Origin: the human T2T-CHM13v2.0 reference genome, Homo sapiens
Length of the DNA: 64,000 bases
Reading direction: 5' to 3' (one strand)
Assembly (NCBI RefSeq): GCF_009914755.1
Contig: NC_060932.1
Positions within the stretch are counted from its first letter, which is position 1. Every line of letters starts with the position of its first letter. Position numbers and translations under genes: made by a program. Below are positions 1 to 14,816 of the stretch, in pieces. The notes below the pieces were generated by a model. That model ran no database searches and was not told the DNA's origin. It saw nothing but the letters and a program-made list of their open reading frames with translations.

Positions 1-239
1 CCACTAATGGACAGAGTTACCATTTTATGCATGTATGCATTCTCTGCCTCTAAGACATTTTCCATATTTGCGGTGTTTGCCAGATTTCAAACAGGTGATC
101 CTAGCAAGGCACACAGACGAAGAAAATGCTATCCCTGTCTCCTTGCTCACAGCATGTGCCATGTACACTCAGCAGCCCCATACCGTTGACCTTTTCTGTG
201 AAGCATCAAACAAAGTCTTCCATGGTGCAGGCCTTCTGT

Positions 240-500
240 TATCCATTCATTAAACAAATACTCATCGATACCTACTAGGTGTTAGGCATTATTCTAGATG
301 CCAAGGATAAACAAAGATAAAAATCCCTGCCCACCTGTAGCAGAGTAGTGGGAGTTGGTGGGGGATTGGAAATATAGACAATCAACAAGTAAATGAGTCA
401 AATATATGGCATCCTAGTTGATGAAGAGTGTTAGGAAGAAAATTAAGTCTGGAAGGGGGTTAAGAAGTGCTGGTTTTGGGAGGAGTATCTCACTAAAGGG
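240..500 (-). mobile_element. L2 fragment (3' end)
   Basis: CATTCATTAAACAAATACTCATCGATACCTACTAGGTGTTAGGC is the typical reverse-complemented L2 tail. Confidence 0.6.
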
Positions 501-3500
501 ACATTAAAATCCAAAGGACGTCTGACCCCAAACTTCACACTGAAATATACAGTTCCAGTTAATAGATGTGAATTAACTGATGACGATGACGTCCCCATTA
601 GTTTTTATCACTTCCATCACAGCCAGGGGCAAAACAGCTCTATTTCTTCCCATATTCCTTTAAGAGACTAGATCACACCTTGCCACACTCTTTCCTCCTG
701 CTTCTCCCACTGACACTGCCCTCGTGAGTTCCTGTGGTCTTCCCAGTGGCTCCATCATCCCTTTAACTAATACTTGCTGGGTGCCTGCTCTAAGTGGAGT
801 GCATTGAAGAAGGAATATCAAGGCAGTGTGGAAGCACTTCTGCTATATCAGGCGGTTCTAATCATCTGTCTTTTCCCTCCATCCTGCAAAACTCTCTTCT
901 CTCCTTAATTAAGGCAGAAACATTCAGAGCATCCCAACTCAGTACTTGGAATTTTTCATTTCAGGTACCCCCAAATAGCAAATTGAGGTGCTCCAGTTAT
1001 AACAATGTGGATTTCCTGGCTTTCTGATCCACACTACTCTCAAATCACATTTCCACCCACTATTAAAAAAAAGAAAATCAAGGCAAGACACAACAAGATG
1101 ACTCCATGCAATCTTGTATCACAGGTAAAAGAAAACCTTGTCGATATGAAATCAGACAGTGTAAAATTCTCTCCCTGAGGAATCTGGCATTATTACATCC
1201 CCCACCAATCATGGCATTGTTTCTCCAACAACTGTATCAGAGGCAGCATCCGGATATTGCTATAACACCTTCCCAAACCATCAGGCTCTTTCCTTCAAAC
1301 CATGGAAGTCAGACACCACTACAGACAATACTGGGCCCACCAAAACCCAAGCTCTTCCAAAAGAGTCCAAAGCCCTCGTCTGTTTCCAACAATTATCAAC
1401 TCTCAAAATTCCAGGACTTTTGTATTAGGTGAAATGAAATTTGACTTCTACATTTATGAATAACCTATACCTACATGAGAAAACTCTATGAATTTGATAA
1501 GGCATATATGGAGAAATAATATATACACATTATAATATATAATATTAATGAATGGCATATATTTTAAATCTTAACTTATCAAAGATTCACTCTGGACACT
1601 CCACTTAATAACAGGCAACAATTCCCTCCTGCTTATATTATAAATATAGGCATTGTTCCAAGTATCCAGGATATGATAAAGAGATACGCCAATGGATCTC
1701 ACAAAGCTTCTGCCCTCTGACTTTTATTATTAGTAGTAGTATTAGTATTAGTATTATTTTGGTGGAGACTTTTTGGTTTTGTTTCTTCAGGTACTCCCAA
1801 GGTGGGTAAAAATTACAAAATCAAAGTTAAGTTTAAATACAAATACTGGCTGAATGTGAATTTGCCTTTTCTTTCCTCCTTTGCACTATTAGGAAGAAAG
1901 CATTTATTTCTCTTTCAGAAACACAAGAATACTGAAAAGTTGACTTTGAGGGTTTCGATTTTGCTTAACATTTTCTCTTTGTCCTTGCCACTGATCACCC
2001 AAAGCAAGCAAGGAGAGGACCTTGTCATGATCCCAGCATAGAAAATGCCTGCAGTACATTCACCTTGTACACCTTATTTATAATCCTCTGTAAATTTGCC
2101 CAAAAGTCGTGAACTACATAATACTAATTCTTATAGGTTGACATATTTCCCTGATCTTTCATGAGCCACATGGGGAAACAGTTTTCTCCTGATCTGAATG
2201 AAGAAGAAAAACAGTGATCCTAATCAACCATTTGCCCTTAGTGGCTTCCCTAAACAAATCTGGGAAAGCGCTTAAAGGCTTGGGAATAACCATGACCCTG
2301 CTTGATGCACTGTAATAACCCTACCTAATTATACTGATATAAAAACTAATTGGAAAGATAGCAAATGTCAGGGTAAGATGCAAATCGTAGGGTGTTAATT
2401 GCTGAACAGGTGCTGGAATAGAATTAAATGAGCATTCTGATTAAAAGAGTGGAGGAAACAAATGTGGACCCCCGATAGAAACTTGGCCATGTGACTTCTT
2501 AAGCAGTCCATTCCACCAGGAAAAGGTCATGGTGCTGTGACCTCTGTTTTGTGATGGGTAGGCCAAGAAAATAATAGTGACCACAGAAGAAAAAACAATC
2601 CAGCAACAATATCAACATGACTTCCAGAAGTCACTGCTAAGTTTGAGCCCCAGAGACATGCAGTGTGTCTTACGAGTTCATAGACACACAAATAAGCCTG
2701 GATAGAATCAAGAATGCATAAATCCTCCTCTTCCCTGCCACAAGGGCATGCCCTTTCATCTTTAACCAGCAGTTTTCACATCCTCTCACCACCCCCACAT
2801 TACTACCACAGTGCTGAGTGCAACTAGGTGCTCGCTATGCATTTGTGGGTTGACCAAGTAGTTGATTAACTGAATCAACAGCCTTGTTTGCCTTCAATAA
2901 CTTGGGATGGTATGAGAGTAAGAACATTCGGATAGGGCGACATGGAGATTAACTCTGAGACTCCAACTGCTATAAGCCAGTCACTCTTGTTGCAAATGGT
3001 ATAAATGATATTTATTAATGCTCCAGCAATCCAGACTTTAATCTACATACACAAAGGAGATTTTCTTTTTAGCCTGGTCTATAATGAAGGTTGCTTCTTC
3101 ACAAACTCCTGGTGACTTGGTCAAGCCTTTGTCCAACCATCACTGCATTTCCTGACATGTGGCAAAGCCTAGGCCAATGAAGCCTACATTCTCAAGACAG
3201 AAGAGACCCTGAGGGCAGCAGCTTTAAGCAGATAGCAGCTCCTTAGCCCTGACCTGATGTGGTGCCTCCCCAGCACCACAATGCCCTCACCCCTGCTGCC
3301 ATCTAAAGAAGCTCCACTCCAAAAAAGAAAAATGCTCTAGATCAAGGCCCTAATGTTTTTCCCAACACATCACCTCAAATAACCTAGAAAGGTTAAAATT
3401 ATTTCATTCCCAGGTAGGATGCTAAAGTTTAAGTGTTCTTGTCTACCAGTAGTTCAGAGGTCTTTGAGATTTATGATGCCAGAAACCTAAACCAGCTCTT

Positions 3501-5741
3501 TAGTGCAGGGAGAAGGAGGTAACACAGTCTTACTCTATTCTACTGATTTTTCTCACTCCACTTCATCTGAGCATAGAGCAGCGATTCATTCATTGTGCTC
3601 ATTCCACTTGGGGCCTCTACCCAGAGTCTACCAACTGCACACCACTGTGCCTCATCATATTTGATTTTAGTGATACAGACCAGCAGGAGGCAGATATCAG
3701 CAAAGTTAATTCTTCTAACTCAGACCTATGTCTACTAAAATTGGATTGCAGAACTACTCAACCCAGTTGCATTCATTCATTCATTTATTCACACATTCAT
3801 TCGTCTTTTAAAATTTAACCAACTTGGCCTCTACTTAGTGGGCCAAAGAAAATAATACAATGGTTACATTAGACAATACTCCAACTCAGCAATCCAATTT
3901 CAAAGTGCAGAGGAGGGCCTGAATGCTTTAAGAGGGAAATGTGGCTACAGGAGGCATGGGTGAGATTTCACCTTATTTATTTATGCTTTTATAAGGACAC
4001 TGAGAATAATAATAAAACAGGATGGGAAAGAGAAAAATGTTGCTCCAGTAGAGAGATGGGTGGGTAGAACCTCCTCACTCTTTCCCTCCCTTCTTTTGAT
4101 CTCAAGAAAACCTCGCTTTCTCTTGCTCACTCTCTCTTTAAGGAATAAAAATAAACTGTCTCCTGAGTAATAAAGTCAAGACACTTGCCAGTAAAAATTG
4201 GTTAAGGTCATCACTTTTGAAGGTCAAATGAGTTTTAGACAAGATGTCATGTGGGATCACCATTCAGCACATTTAGTTAAATGGTTAAAAATAATAAAAA
4301 ATAATGACAATAGTGGAGTTATATTTTTTAAAAGGCAGAAGTCAGAGAGAAAATGAGAGAACCAGATGTCTAGAAGGAATGCTGGGAAACGCTGAAGAGA
4401 AGGATTTCTCCCCCCACCCCAAACACAACCTTCCCCAAGGACCTTTCCAGACTCATTGTCAGTATCTAATGCCTGTACACTGTATATCTTTTACGTGTGT
4501 GTTTTGCCATGCAGTCCCCTTATTTAAAAAAAAAAAAAAAGACTCAAAGGGAAAACATTTTTTAAAGGATCACAATTCATGTTGACCTCAAAGTGAAGAT
4601 TTTCCAGGTCCCTCATGTGCCCACCCTGTCTAAATACCCAAAAGACCCCAGAAGTTGTGTTGCTCTGTGACTAGATGGTAAGAGAAAGAGAGCAGCCTTA
4701 CAGTCGGTTTGCCTGAAAATGATACCATTGATTTAAGTGAGATGCCACAATCTACCCAGTTTCCAGAGGAAGATCTCTGTTTTTGATAAAATAGACCATG
4801 AACAAGTCAGAGCAAAGGGGCTGTTCCTAGATGCAAATGAGCCCTCACAGGAGGTCTCTGGGGTCCCAAAACAAACGCAGAACCATGCTGACAGTTGGGT
4901 CTGAGTTCTAGGGCATGTTCTGTCCTCTCACAGGGCCATGTGGGCAGCCAGCCCTCATCCTTTTTATAGTCCGCTTGCTTTTACCGGCCACAGCATACCC
5001 ATACAACCAAAAAATCTCCTGTGCCAAAGGATGCTTGGAAACTCCAGCAAGGCCACTGCAAGACTCAAGTTCCAAGTATTGCTCATTGCCAGTGACAATT
5101 AGAACAATCTGAAAATGTTCCTCCCAGAAAAATACACTCTTTTTTGTTGTAACAGGGGTGTAAACGCCAGCCAATCTCTTTTGGCACCTAGAGCTATAAG
5201 AAGGGGTTTCACTGTGCCACCTCTCGACAAAAACGCCCTCAATGAGCATCCTCCAAGGACTGGCTTTGAAAGGGGGTTTCGCGTATCAGGTTAATGCATG
5301 CACTTGGCGCAGCCCAACTTTCGCACCAAGGCTCTGGGGTATGGGGTGATAAGAGCCAGGTTCTGTTTGTTAACGATAAGGCAATTATTTCTTTGGTACT
5401 TCATAGAAGGAAAAAAAAAATCTTACAGCAAAGATTCAAACAAGGATCCCTAGGGAGACAACGGACCTCATAGGTTGGAAAAGTTTTTTTTTTTTTCTCT
5501 CCCTTCGCAGGAGCAAACAAATGGCCCATTGAGAGCCACAGAACAGCCAAGGCTAAGTTACTGACAAGCACGCTGTCAGTTGGCTTCCCTAGAAGCTCTG
5601 GATAACTTAGGGAGTGGAAGATGGGAGCCAGAGGGAGGAGAGACAGAAAAAAAAGACAGACATAAAATGAGAGGAAAGGAAGAAGAGAAAAGGCTGCAAG
5701 TAGAAGGGAGCAGAGAGACTGTAAAGAAGTAAGAGAGAAAC

Positions 5742-6175
<434 letters not shown>

Positions 6176-8904
6176 TTACATCTTATTTTCACTGACCCCC
6201 AACCAACATTTACCATTTCCTTCCATTTTAAATGTAAACAAGCCACATTAGTATTATGGGTCCATTGTATTCACTGGACCATCAGTGGGATCCATGGCAA
6301 TAAAAAAAAAAAAAAAAAAAAAAAAGGCAAAGAACCCCCAAACACTGGGAAGGTATTAGGCATCCTCTCACTTTGCAGGCAACATACTATTTCAGAGGAT
6401 AGGTATGCATGATTTTCACTTTGGAAAGGAGAGGCTTTTATTTACTCCCTGGGTCAGGCTTTCTGCCTTCAGGCCAAGGTTTCTTAACTTTCCCTGGAAT
6501 TATCCAATGTGCAACAAGTTCAGGCATCAAATGCCAAGAAGCTTTTAGGAAGTATTTCTCAAGGTCATCCCATTTGATTAACAGCTAAGAGTTAGTTCCA
6601 CAGCTTTAAGGGCCAGATCCAGCATGATAATTTTGCTCAGCTGGTTCCCACTGGGCCTGTAAAACTCAAAAAAAAAAAAAGGTTGGCTTTGGCATCCCCA
6701 AGAAGCAGGTCTCTGAAGCCTCAATGTTAGTTTTCTACCAGGGAAAACGCTCTGAAGAGACCAAGATATTCCACAGACAGAATAGATCTCAATCCAAGCA
6801 ATTGGACTTCTGCTTCTTCCTCCTTGTCCTTGGAATTACATAATAGAATATTGGTTCCATGGCACTGCAAATCCCACAGTCAGGGTAGGCCAGCAGCCAG
6901 AATCCAACAGATCATTGGCCCCAGGACCTATAGGATCATCTGCTGGTTATGGCCCTGTACAGATGTGACTAGACAGCAGCTGAGCCCATGTACTCAGAAA
7001 TTCCCACCTCTTGTTCTGACATCACAGGTCAGCCTGGTCAACTGATGGTGACCATGCAAACTCACCAACAGCTCTTTCTCTCCTGGTCTCTGGGTGCTTG
7101 GTTTCTGAGAGCAACTTGTCTGTCTCTGTTTCAGAAGTTTCTAAGCCAAAGCCATCTCCCACCCCAAGAGGCAGGGAGAACTTACACTGCAACTTGGAGC
7201 TACCTTTAAGCTGGATTAAGTTGAAAATCTTCAGAATGGACATCATGCTCAAAACTGCCTGCTTTCCCAGGGGTTGAGAAGTGGGGAGGCACAGCTCCAC
7301 CTTCTCTGCAGAGAAGGAATGTTTCTACCTGACAGGAAGAGTTCAGGGGGCTCAAAGGATAAGGTGTGCCCATGTGTAGGCAGGTGCCAACCATCAAAGG
7401 TGGAGCAGGTCAGGCACAGGATGGAGAAAGATAAGAAAGATGTGCCCCAACCCAAACCACCCTTACTCAGGCTTTCCTCACTGTCTAGTTAATTTGCTTC
7501 CAGTCTCAGTGATGGGAATTAGACAAATGCTTTAAAAACTCAGAAGCCACCATAAAAATAGAAAATTACTGCTTCCTGTCATGACCAAATATTAAACACA
7601 GTGCACACCTAATGACTCTATCCCTCCCCGGGGAAGGAGCTTTATGAACAATAAAATCCCAGCAGACTTCCAGTGTTTGGGTTTGGAGGTCTCATTATGG
7701 GCTCACTGATCCAATACAATTTACAAGCTCAATGGACGCCACTTGAAGTGAAAACCGCCAGCCCAGAGTTATAAATGGGACACCTACAGTGAAACCAGCA
7801 TTTTATTCTTCATCGGGGAATGAAAAGAAGAAAGGGAGGTCTTTAGGAGAAAGGCACCAGGGTGCAAGTCGCTAAGGGAAATGTTTCTCATTGCCTGAGT
7901 AGGAATCAAGGTTAGACACCCACTAGAAATGCAGGGCAATGGATAGAAAGCAAGGGAGGCCCAAAAACTGAAGGCAGGAAGAGGAAAGGTAAACAAAGGA
8001 AAAAGAAGGGGATGGAGACAATGGTGGTGGATTAAAGACAAGTAGAGGAAGCAGGGGTGGGGTTAACTTTGCTGTCCCTTTTGCTATGTAGGTTGAATCT
8101 ACACGACATCACATTTTCAAAGTCAGATTTTTTTTTCTCCAGTTCTCTACATTATCCAGATACAGGTCTAAAGGGTGGTTACTCTTCATCCTGTGCCTTG
8201 CCAGCTGGAGGATAAAATGCATTAGCCACTCTACATTTGCTTGGGTAAGTATCGAGCGGACTGTTAGCGTTAAATCGAAGTAAAGTCTGGCTCTTGTTCA
8301 AGCGTCAGCCACAACCAAGAAGAGAGAGTGGAGCTTCTCCTTCACCTTTAACTCTGTGCAATTTATCACTCGAGCCTAAACAATCCCACATGTTTAAAGT
8401 GCTGGAGAAGGAGACTTGGAGAATGCTAAACAAAGGGTTTTAGGGAAGTCAGAATTAAAGTGCACAGGGGCTGGACAGTGGACACTAAGCAAAAACAATC
8501 CAGGGGAGGTGACAAGTCCATAAAGCAGGGTCTAGACAGACCATGAGACCAAGGCATTGAGAGGTGACAAAAAAGGAGGGAAGAGACTGAACATGAGGAG
8601 GGAGTCTGTGAGGAGAAACTGACAAAGAAGAGGGGAAAATGCTGATGGATCCCAATAATGCTTTCTGCTCACCTGTCTGCCTTTTAAGTGAATCTCCTAC
8701 GTGTGAATCAGCTTCTGTATAGATCAGAAGGCAAAGGTTATGAGCCCCAGGTAAAGATTTAAAAATCACTAAAATAAAGGAGCCATAGCATATGCTGATT
8801 GGGTCTGAAGTCAGTTATGGCCACACAACATCTCTCTTCCCCCTCCACACGCTGAGAAAGGGCCACTGCTTTCCAACTCCTCACATAAGAAACCAGGATT
8901 CAGA

Positions 8905-9144
8905 TAGGTTTGCCAGATAAAATACAAGATGCTCAGTTAATTTTAAATTTCAAATAACAATGAATTATTTTTCTGTGGAGGTATATCCCAAATATTGCAT
9001 GGGACAAACTTATGCTGAAAAATGATTGTTTATCTGAAATGCAAATTTAACTTGGATATACATACTAAAAAAATCATTCATGTTTATCTGGTATTTATAT
9101 TTAAGTAGCATCCTAGTTTTTACTTGCTAAATATGGCAACTCTA
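8905..9144 (+). mobile_element. MER53-like hAT MITE
   Basis: Termini TAGGTTTGCCAGATA...TATGGCAACTCTA; internally palindromic; approximate 8-bp TSD GATTCAGA/GATTCAAT. Confidence 0.8.
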
Positions 9145-11249
9145 GATTCAATGAGAGGGAAGAATTGAATGAATGGATGAATGAATGAATGACAGAGGAG
9201 TAAGCAAACCCGTGCTGATGCCAAATTTTACTGTGGTTATTATCATACTACAAGAACAGCAGCCACTTTGAGTCCTCAGCTCATGTGTCAGAAATCTATT
9301 TCCTATGTGTATCTTCTGAAGTGAGAGAATACTTTTTGCATGTAAGAAACAGGCTCCACACAAAATCACTGATTATAGTAAAGTGAAATGCCATCAGTTT
9401 GCCCCAAGCCATGTGCTTGAAAGGTAATGAATCCTCAGACCTTCAGGAAATCCTCCAAGCCTTCAGTACAGTTAGAAGCCTTGTAATTCAGCCACAATCT
9501 ATTCTATGTGAATCCCACTGTTTCTCTTGTCCCTTTCCTTGCAGAGACCACCTCGATTTTGTTCTGGGAGCTGGATACCTTGTCTCTTATCCCAACTGAG
9601 TCTTTGGCCAGCTACACAGCTCCCAAAATTGTTGATCTTCAATTGGGTTTCTGCTCTGTAATGTGGGATAACATTTCCAGTCTGTAGCTAAAATGAGTTG
9701 TGCACGTCGTTTTCAATTAATTAGAAAAATGTCCTGTACAATTGTGCATAAAGCACCAAAACAGCTCACCATTTATCTCCAGAGAGACCCACACCTTGGG
9801 GCTTTTTTGGAGGGGCTACATGGAAATAGAAGCATTCAGAGACACAATAGCCCCAGCCCTCATCTCACTGCCATCTTGTGAGTCCTCTGTTTTAAAAGTC
9901 CTGGCTACTTAGGGGCTTTTTAAGGTACTAGTCCCAAAGTGTTTGTTCCATCTCTGCAAATTCCTCCATTTCTGTCATCACATCCGTGGAGTTAGGAATT
10001 TCTCCCCTTATTTCCCTCTCAAAAGCTCTTGTTAAATGGGGGCAGCTGCTGCATTTCTCACCAGCTCCAGCTCCTTGGTGGTCTCGAGGGGACCAGGAAA
10101 GTTTGCCTTCACTGGAAATTTTGAGGTTACAACAAAACTTCTTGGAGGACAACCATTTCATCAATGAGCCAGTCTAGACTGATGAAATGCTGACTCCTTA
10201 TAGGCTTTGGTCTAGGCTGGCTGACAAGCTTGGAGCCTCTCATCACTCAGCTACTTCTCTTTCTGATCAAATGTCCCCTCCAGCTGCAACTCTAGGTCAA
10301 TGTGTAGAAGACAGCAACAAAGAACAATTCTTACAAGATTCTAATTCGCAAACAAATCATCTAGTCAATCCCTAGTGGGTAGAATCCTAAATCTGCGAAT
10401 CATCTGTGGATAACTTCCTTCTCTCCTTGGTATATAGGTCTCATTTCCCAACCATTTGGCATGCCACTCTCTTAGCTGGGTCAAAAATGGGCCCAAAGAA
10501 CTTATCCAGCCCTGTTCACTCCAATAGAAGAAGATAATAACTGGCAGTTTTGGGAGGTCCTCTTTGGATAAATATATAGTCTTATCCTAATCTTTCCCAG
10601 GCTCCACGACCTTTGTTCCTCCTAAAGCCAGCTGGATAAGTTTGCAAAGAGATGTCTTTTCTAAAAACAAATACCTACTTCTTATTTCCAGCACAGCACA
10701 ATTTTAGAGTACTGTTCTTCTGCTCCTTGACCCATCCACTTCCTAGCAAATCTGCTATTTAATCACATCACACAATTTCATAAGGAAGAAGCTGGAAGTT
10801 GAAGCATGGCATCATCTGTTCTAATAACCACGTCCATCCAGTTGGTCCTCTGATTTTCACTGGGAATTGATCCAGAGGTCTTGGGCAAGCACTTTGAATG
10901 AGAGAATGCTAGTCATGGTGAGTTGGTTTTCGTCTTTCTCCCTCTTTTCTAAAGAATTACTTATAAATGGTTTGGATTCTGGCCTGAGTTTCTGCTTTCT
11001 CACAAACATCCAGGCTACTAAAAAATTCACAGATTGCCAGATGGTATAACAGCAGTTCCCCGCAATGAATCTGAGCTTCCCAGTGAACAAAGAAGACGCG
11101 TACTCATGGGGACAAGCGGCAACATCAACAAAAGCTTTGGAGTGGTGAGTGTGCTGGGGGAGGGGAAGCAGGGTGTGAAGAGGTGAGAAAAAAGACCTTT
11201 CCCTCCAGTGGCTGATACCAGAGTATCTGGCAGGGAAAAAACTTTCTAG

Positions 11250-11860
11250 CAGGTTCCCCTACTTCCATTCTCCATGTTCCAATCCATCCTCAAAGTTCTG
11301 TCTCCAAAATACCAGCCTGATCATGAAATGGCACAACTCAAAATCCTTCTACATCTTCCATCGCTAACAAAGTAATGTCAAAATACTTTTGTATGGGCAT
11401 ATAAAGTCCTCCAAAATCTGGGCCCAAATAATCTCTCCAACTTCTCTTACTGTCTCTCGTCACATGTACCCAAGTACCTCTAAAACTATGTGCAGGTTTA
11501 GGAAATTCTTTCCTTTCCAGGTGCCTTTTCCAACACACTTTCTTCCTAGAAGGCCATTCTGCCCCAATTTGTAAATATTCGAGGTATAGCCATCACCCCA
11601 CCTATCTCTGCCATGATGGAAATTATCTCCGCACTTCAGATCTTCCAGAGTGCTTATCCTTTTATCTCTTTTATGGTACTTTTTGCATTTTGCATAGCAT
11701 CCTAGTCTATGCAAAGGATATCTACACATCCTTTGTTTTTCCATATAAACTCCAAGCTCTTAATGGGAAAGCTTTCTGTTTACTCAATCTTATTATCCCT
11801 AAGACCCCACTGCAAGGTCCATGGCATAATAGGCCCTTGATAAATACTTACTAAATATAA
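11250..11860 (+). mobile_element. L2 fragment(s)
   Basis: Degenerate L2 3' region ending ...GGCATAATAGGCCCTTGATAAATACTTACTAAAT. Confidence 0.5.
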
Positions 11861-13261
11861 GTAAGAATTTTATTCTGCTTTACAACCCTAGATATCTGTT
11901 CTTGGGCCTGTTCTGTACCTATCTGCCACTGGACATAAGATCGCTAAGAGGTTGTAGAATGCAGGAAGTCACAGGAATTGTCCTATATGAACTGGCAGTA
12001 GACTCAATCACCCAAACTCTTCAATGCTTGGCAGTCAGAGATTAATCTGTGAATTAATATCTATGGAGTGTCTGTAGCATCCAAGCCACTACAAAGATGC
12101 AATGTGAGATACAGGATAATTGCCCTGACTTTTTTTAAAGCATCTGTTGTATCATGCACTATGTGGGCACCTTACATGAATGTATTTAGCACAACAACTT
12201 AAGGGGAGAGGTATTATTAACACCATCACACAGCTAATAAATATTGGCATCAAGATTTAAATGCCATGTGATGTCTGATATCTAAGAATTATAATACAAT
12301 TGGAAATGTAAAGCAAGCACGAAATAGGTAAAATAAATAAATAATGCCCATACCCCTGAACAAGAGTAAGAATTTGTGATAAATGTCAAGGGAAAAGATT
12401 TTCACTACAAGAACTAATATCTTTGAGGAAGTAGAATCTGAACTAGGTCTTGAAAAAGGGATAGGATTTATATTGGCAGAGTGCTTGTGGTGGGTATTCC
12501 AGGTGGAAATAGTGTATACAAAGGGAGAAAAGAGGAAAAATTCAAGATCTGTGTTCCGGACAGGGGGATTCACAGAGAAAGAAAGGATGGGATTCGAATG
12601 TTGGGACCTAGGTACCATCCATTGACCTAGTCTTCGGAGCGCTTTTTGTATTTTGTGAATACGTATTTTTTGTGTGCTTATTTACGCTGTATGCTCCATG
12701 AGAGCGGGAACCATGCCTATTGTATTCGCTGCTGATCTCTCACTGCCATTCACAAATATTTTTTGCTTGATGACTGAATAACATAAGGACTTAGCAAGTG
12801 AATGAATGATGGAACGAGCCCATTTATACACGACTAAGGATTTGATTTGCATCAAATCCTAAAACTCCAGTGTCAGGAAGCTGGCCAGGCAAGCAGAATA
12901 AGTGTAATTCTTAAATACTAACCCAATTACATGAGTGAACTTTCCAGCACCACCTCTGCAATCATGAGGAGGAGAGTCATTTTCTCGAACAAAATTTTGT
13001 TTCTTTTTTACCACTTGGCTCCAGTGTCCTCCAATGAAGAGCTTCAATCCATAGGGACACTTTTTCCCAGCTACAGAGTCCTTTATCTTACCTGTAATTC
13101 CCTGAAATGGCCAAGAAACTAACAAAGGTTTTGCTAGGAAACAACGGAATGAGATCATGAAAGAATGATGCATTCACATTGGATAGATAATCTGTGGTTT
13201 TTATTGAGAAAATCTAAACCCTCCCTGAGAGAATGAAATTTTCACTTAAAAAAAAAAATAC

Positions 13262-13672
<411 letters not shown>

Positions 13673-14816
13673 TTATTGAGGAGCAGGGATGAATTAGCAT
13701 ACCTGACCCCCAAACTTGAGGCCTCAGCAAGAATCAGAGAAAGTAGAATTGGAAGGTAGTGTATTAGTCACCCATGAACCCAAAGCACTTCATTTGACAA
13801 ATAGGGGAACTGAGTCACAGAGAGGAGGCTCTTGACCTCTGTAACATTAGATAGCTAACTAGTGAAATGTTCTTGGGCCCAACACAGGTCTTCTGGTCCT
13901 AATCCGAGGCCCTTTTGCTGCACTGCACTATCCACTCCTCAGTCACGCCGAGGATGGACATTCTGTCAAATCTGTCACACAGTTGAATGTGACTCACACA
14001 ATCTCAAGTTAAATGCTACTTCAGGGGCCAACAGCACCCACTCCTTCCACAATAACAGATTCCCCCTCCAGTGTTCCTATCAGTTCTTCCAGATCACACC
14101 CACCAGGCCCTTCCATCTTCACAGCTCTTAACTCTGCAGTTTTTCTTCCTATTACACCAAAATCTTTCTCTCTGTAATTTCTACCTATTGACTAAATTCC
14201 AGTTTCACAAGCAAACTGGCTATGTGACCTTGGCTGAGTTACATAACTCCTTCAAACTTGAGACTTTTATCAACCATTGAGAATTAAGATGATTTTACTA
14301 GCACAAATGTCATAGCACAATGCCCAACATACAATAAGTGCCAATTAATTGTTAGATAAATGTTATTATTGGTTTTATCTATCCTTCTCAGAGCCAGAAA
14401 TCTTCACTCAGGAGATAACACTACTGATATATCTGGTTTACCCATTTCCGAGGAATGGGAGGTAATGGTCACCTTGCAGACATACGTCACCTTGTAGATA
14501 TAAATCTCACCTGCAGCTCAACTCCAACTACTACCCAAATTCTATCTCTACCATGATTCTCTAAAAGTTTCCGTCCCACAAATCGCACTTCACTGGAGTT
14601 AAGAAACACACTTGAGAGACAGGAAGAACAAGTACGGCCCAGGGGAAAGTAGATCCAAACATATGCTTCAGTAGAACAAGTTACTTCATGAGGCAGAGAA
14701 AGGCAGGAAGAGACTGTGTTAGACAGCAGGAGAAGGGCCAATGACAAGCCTGGACCAAAGGTGAAACCAGCAGATGACAATACCCACACCAAGATGGTGG
14801 AAGAAGAAAACAAGAG

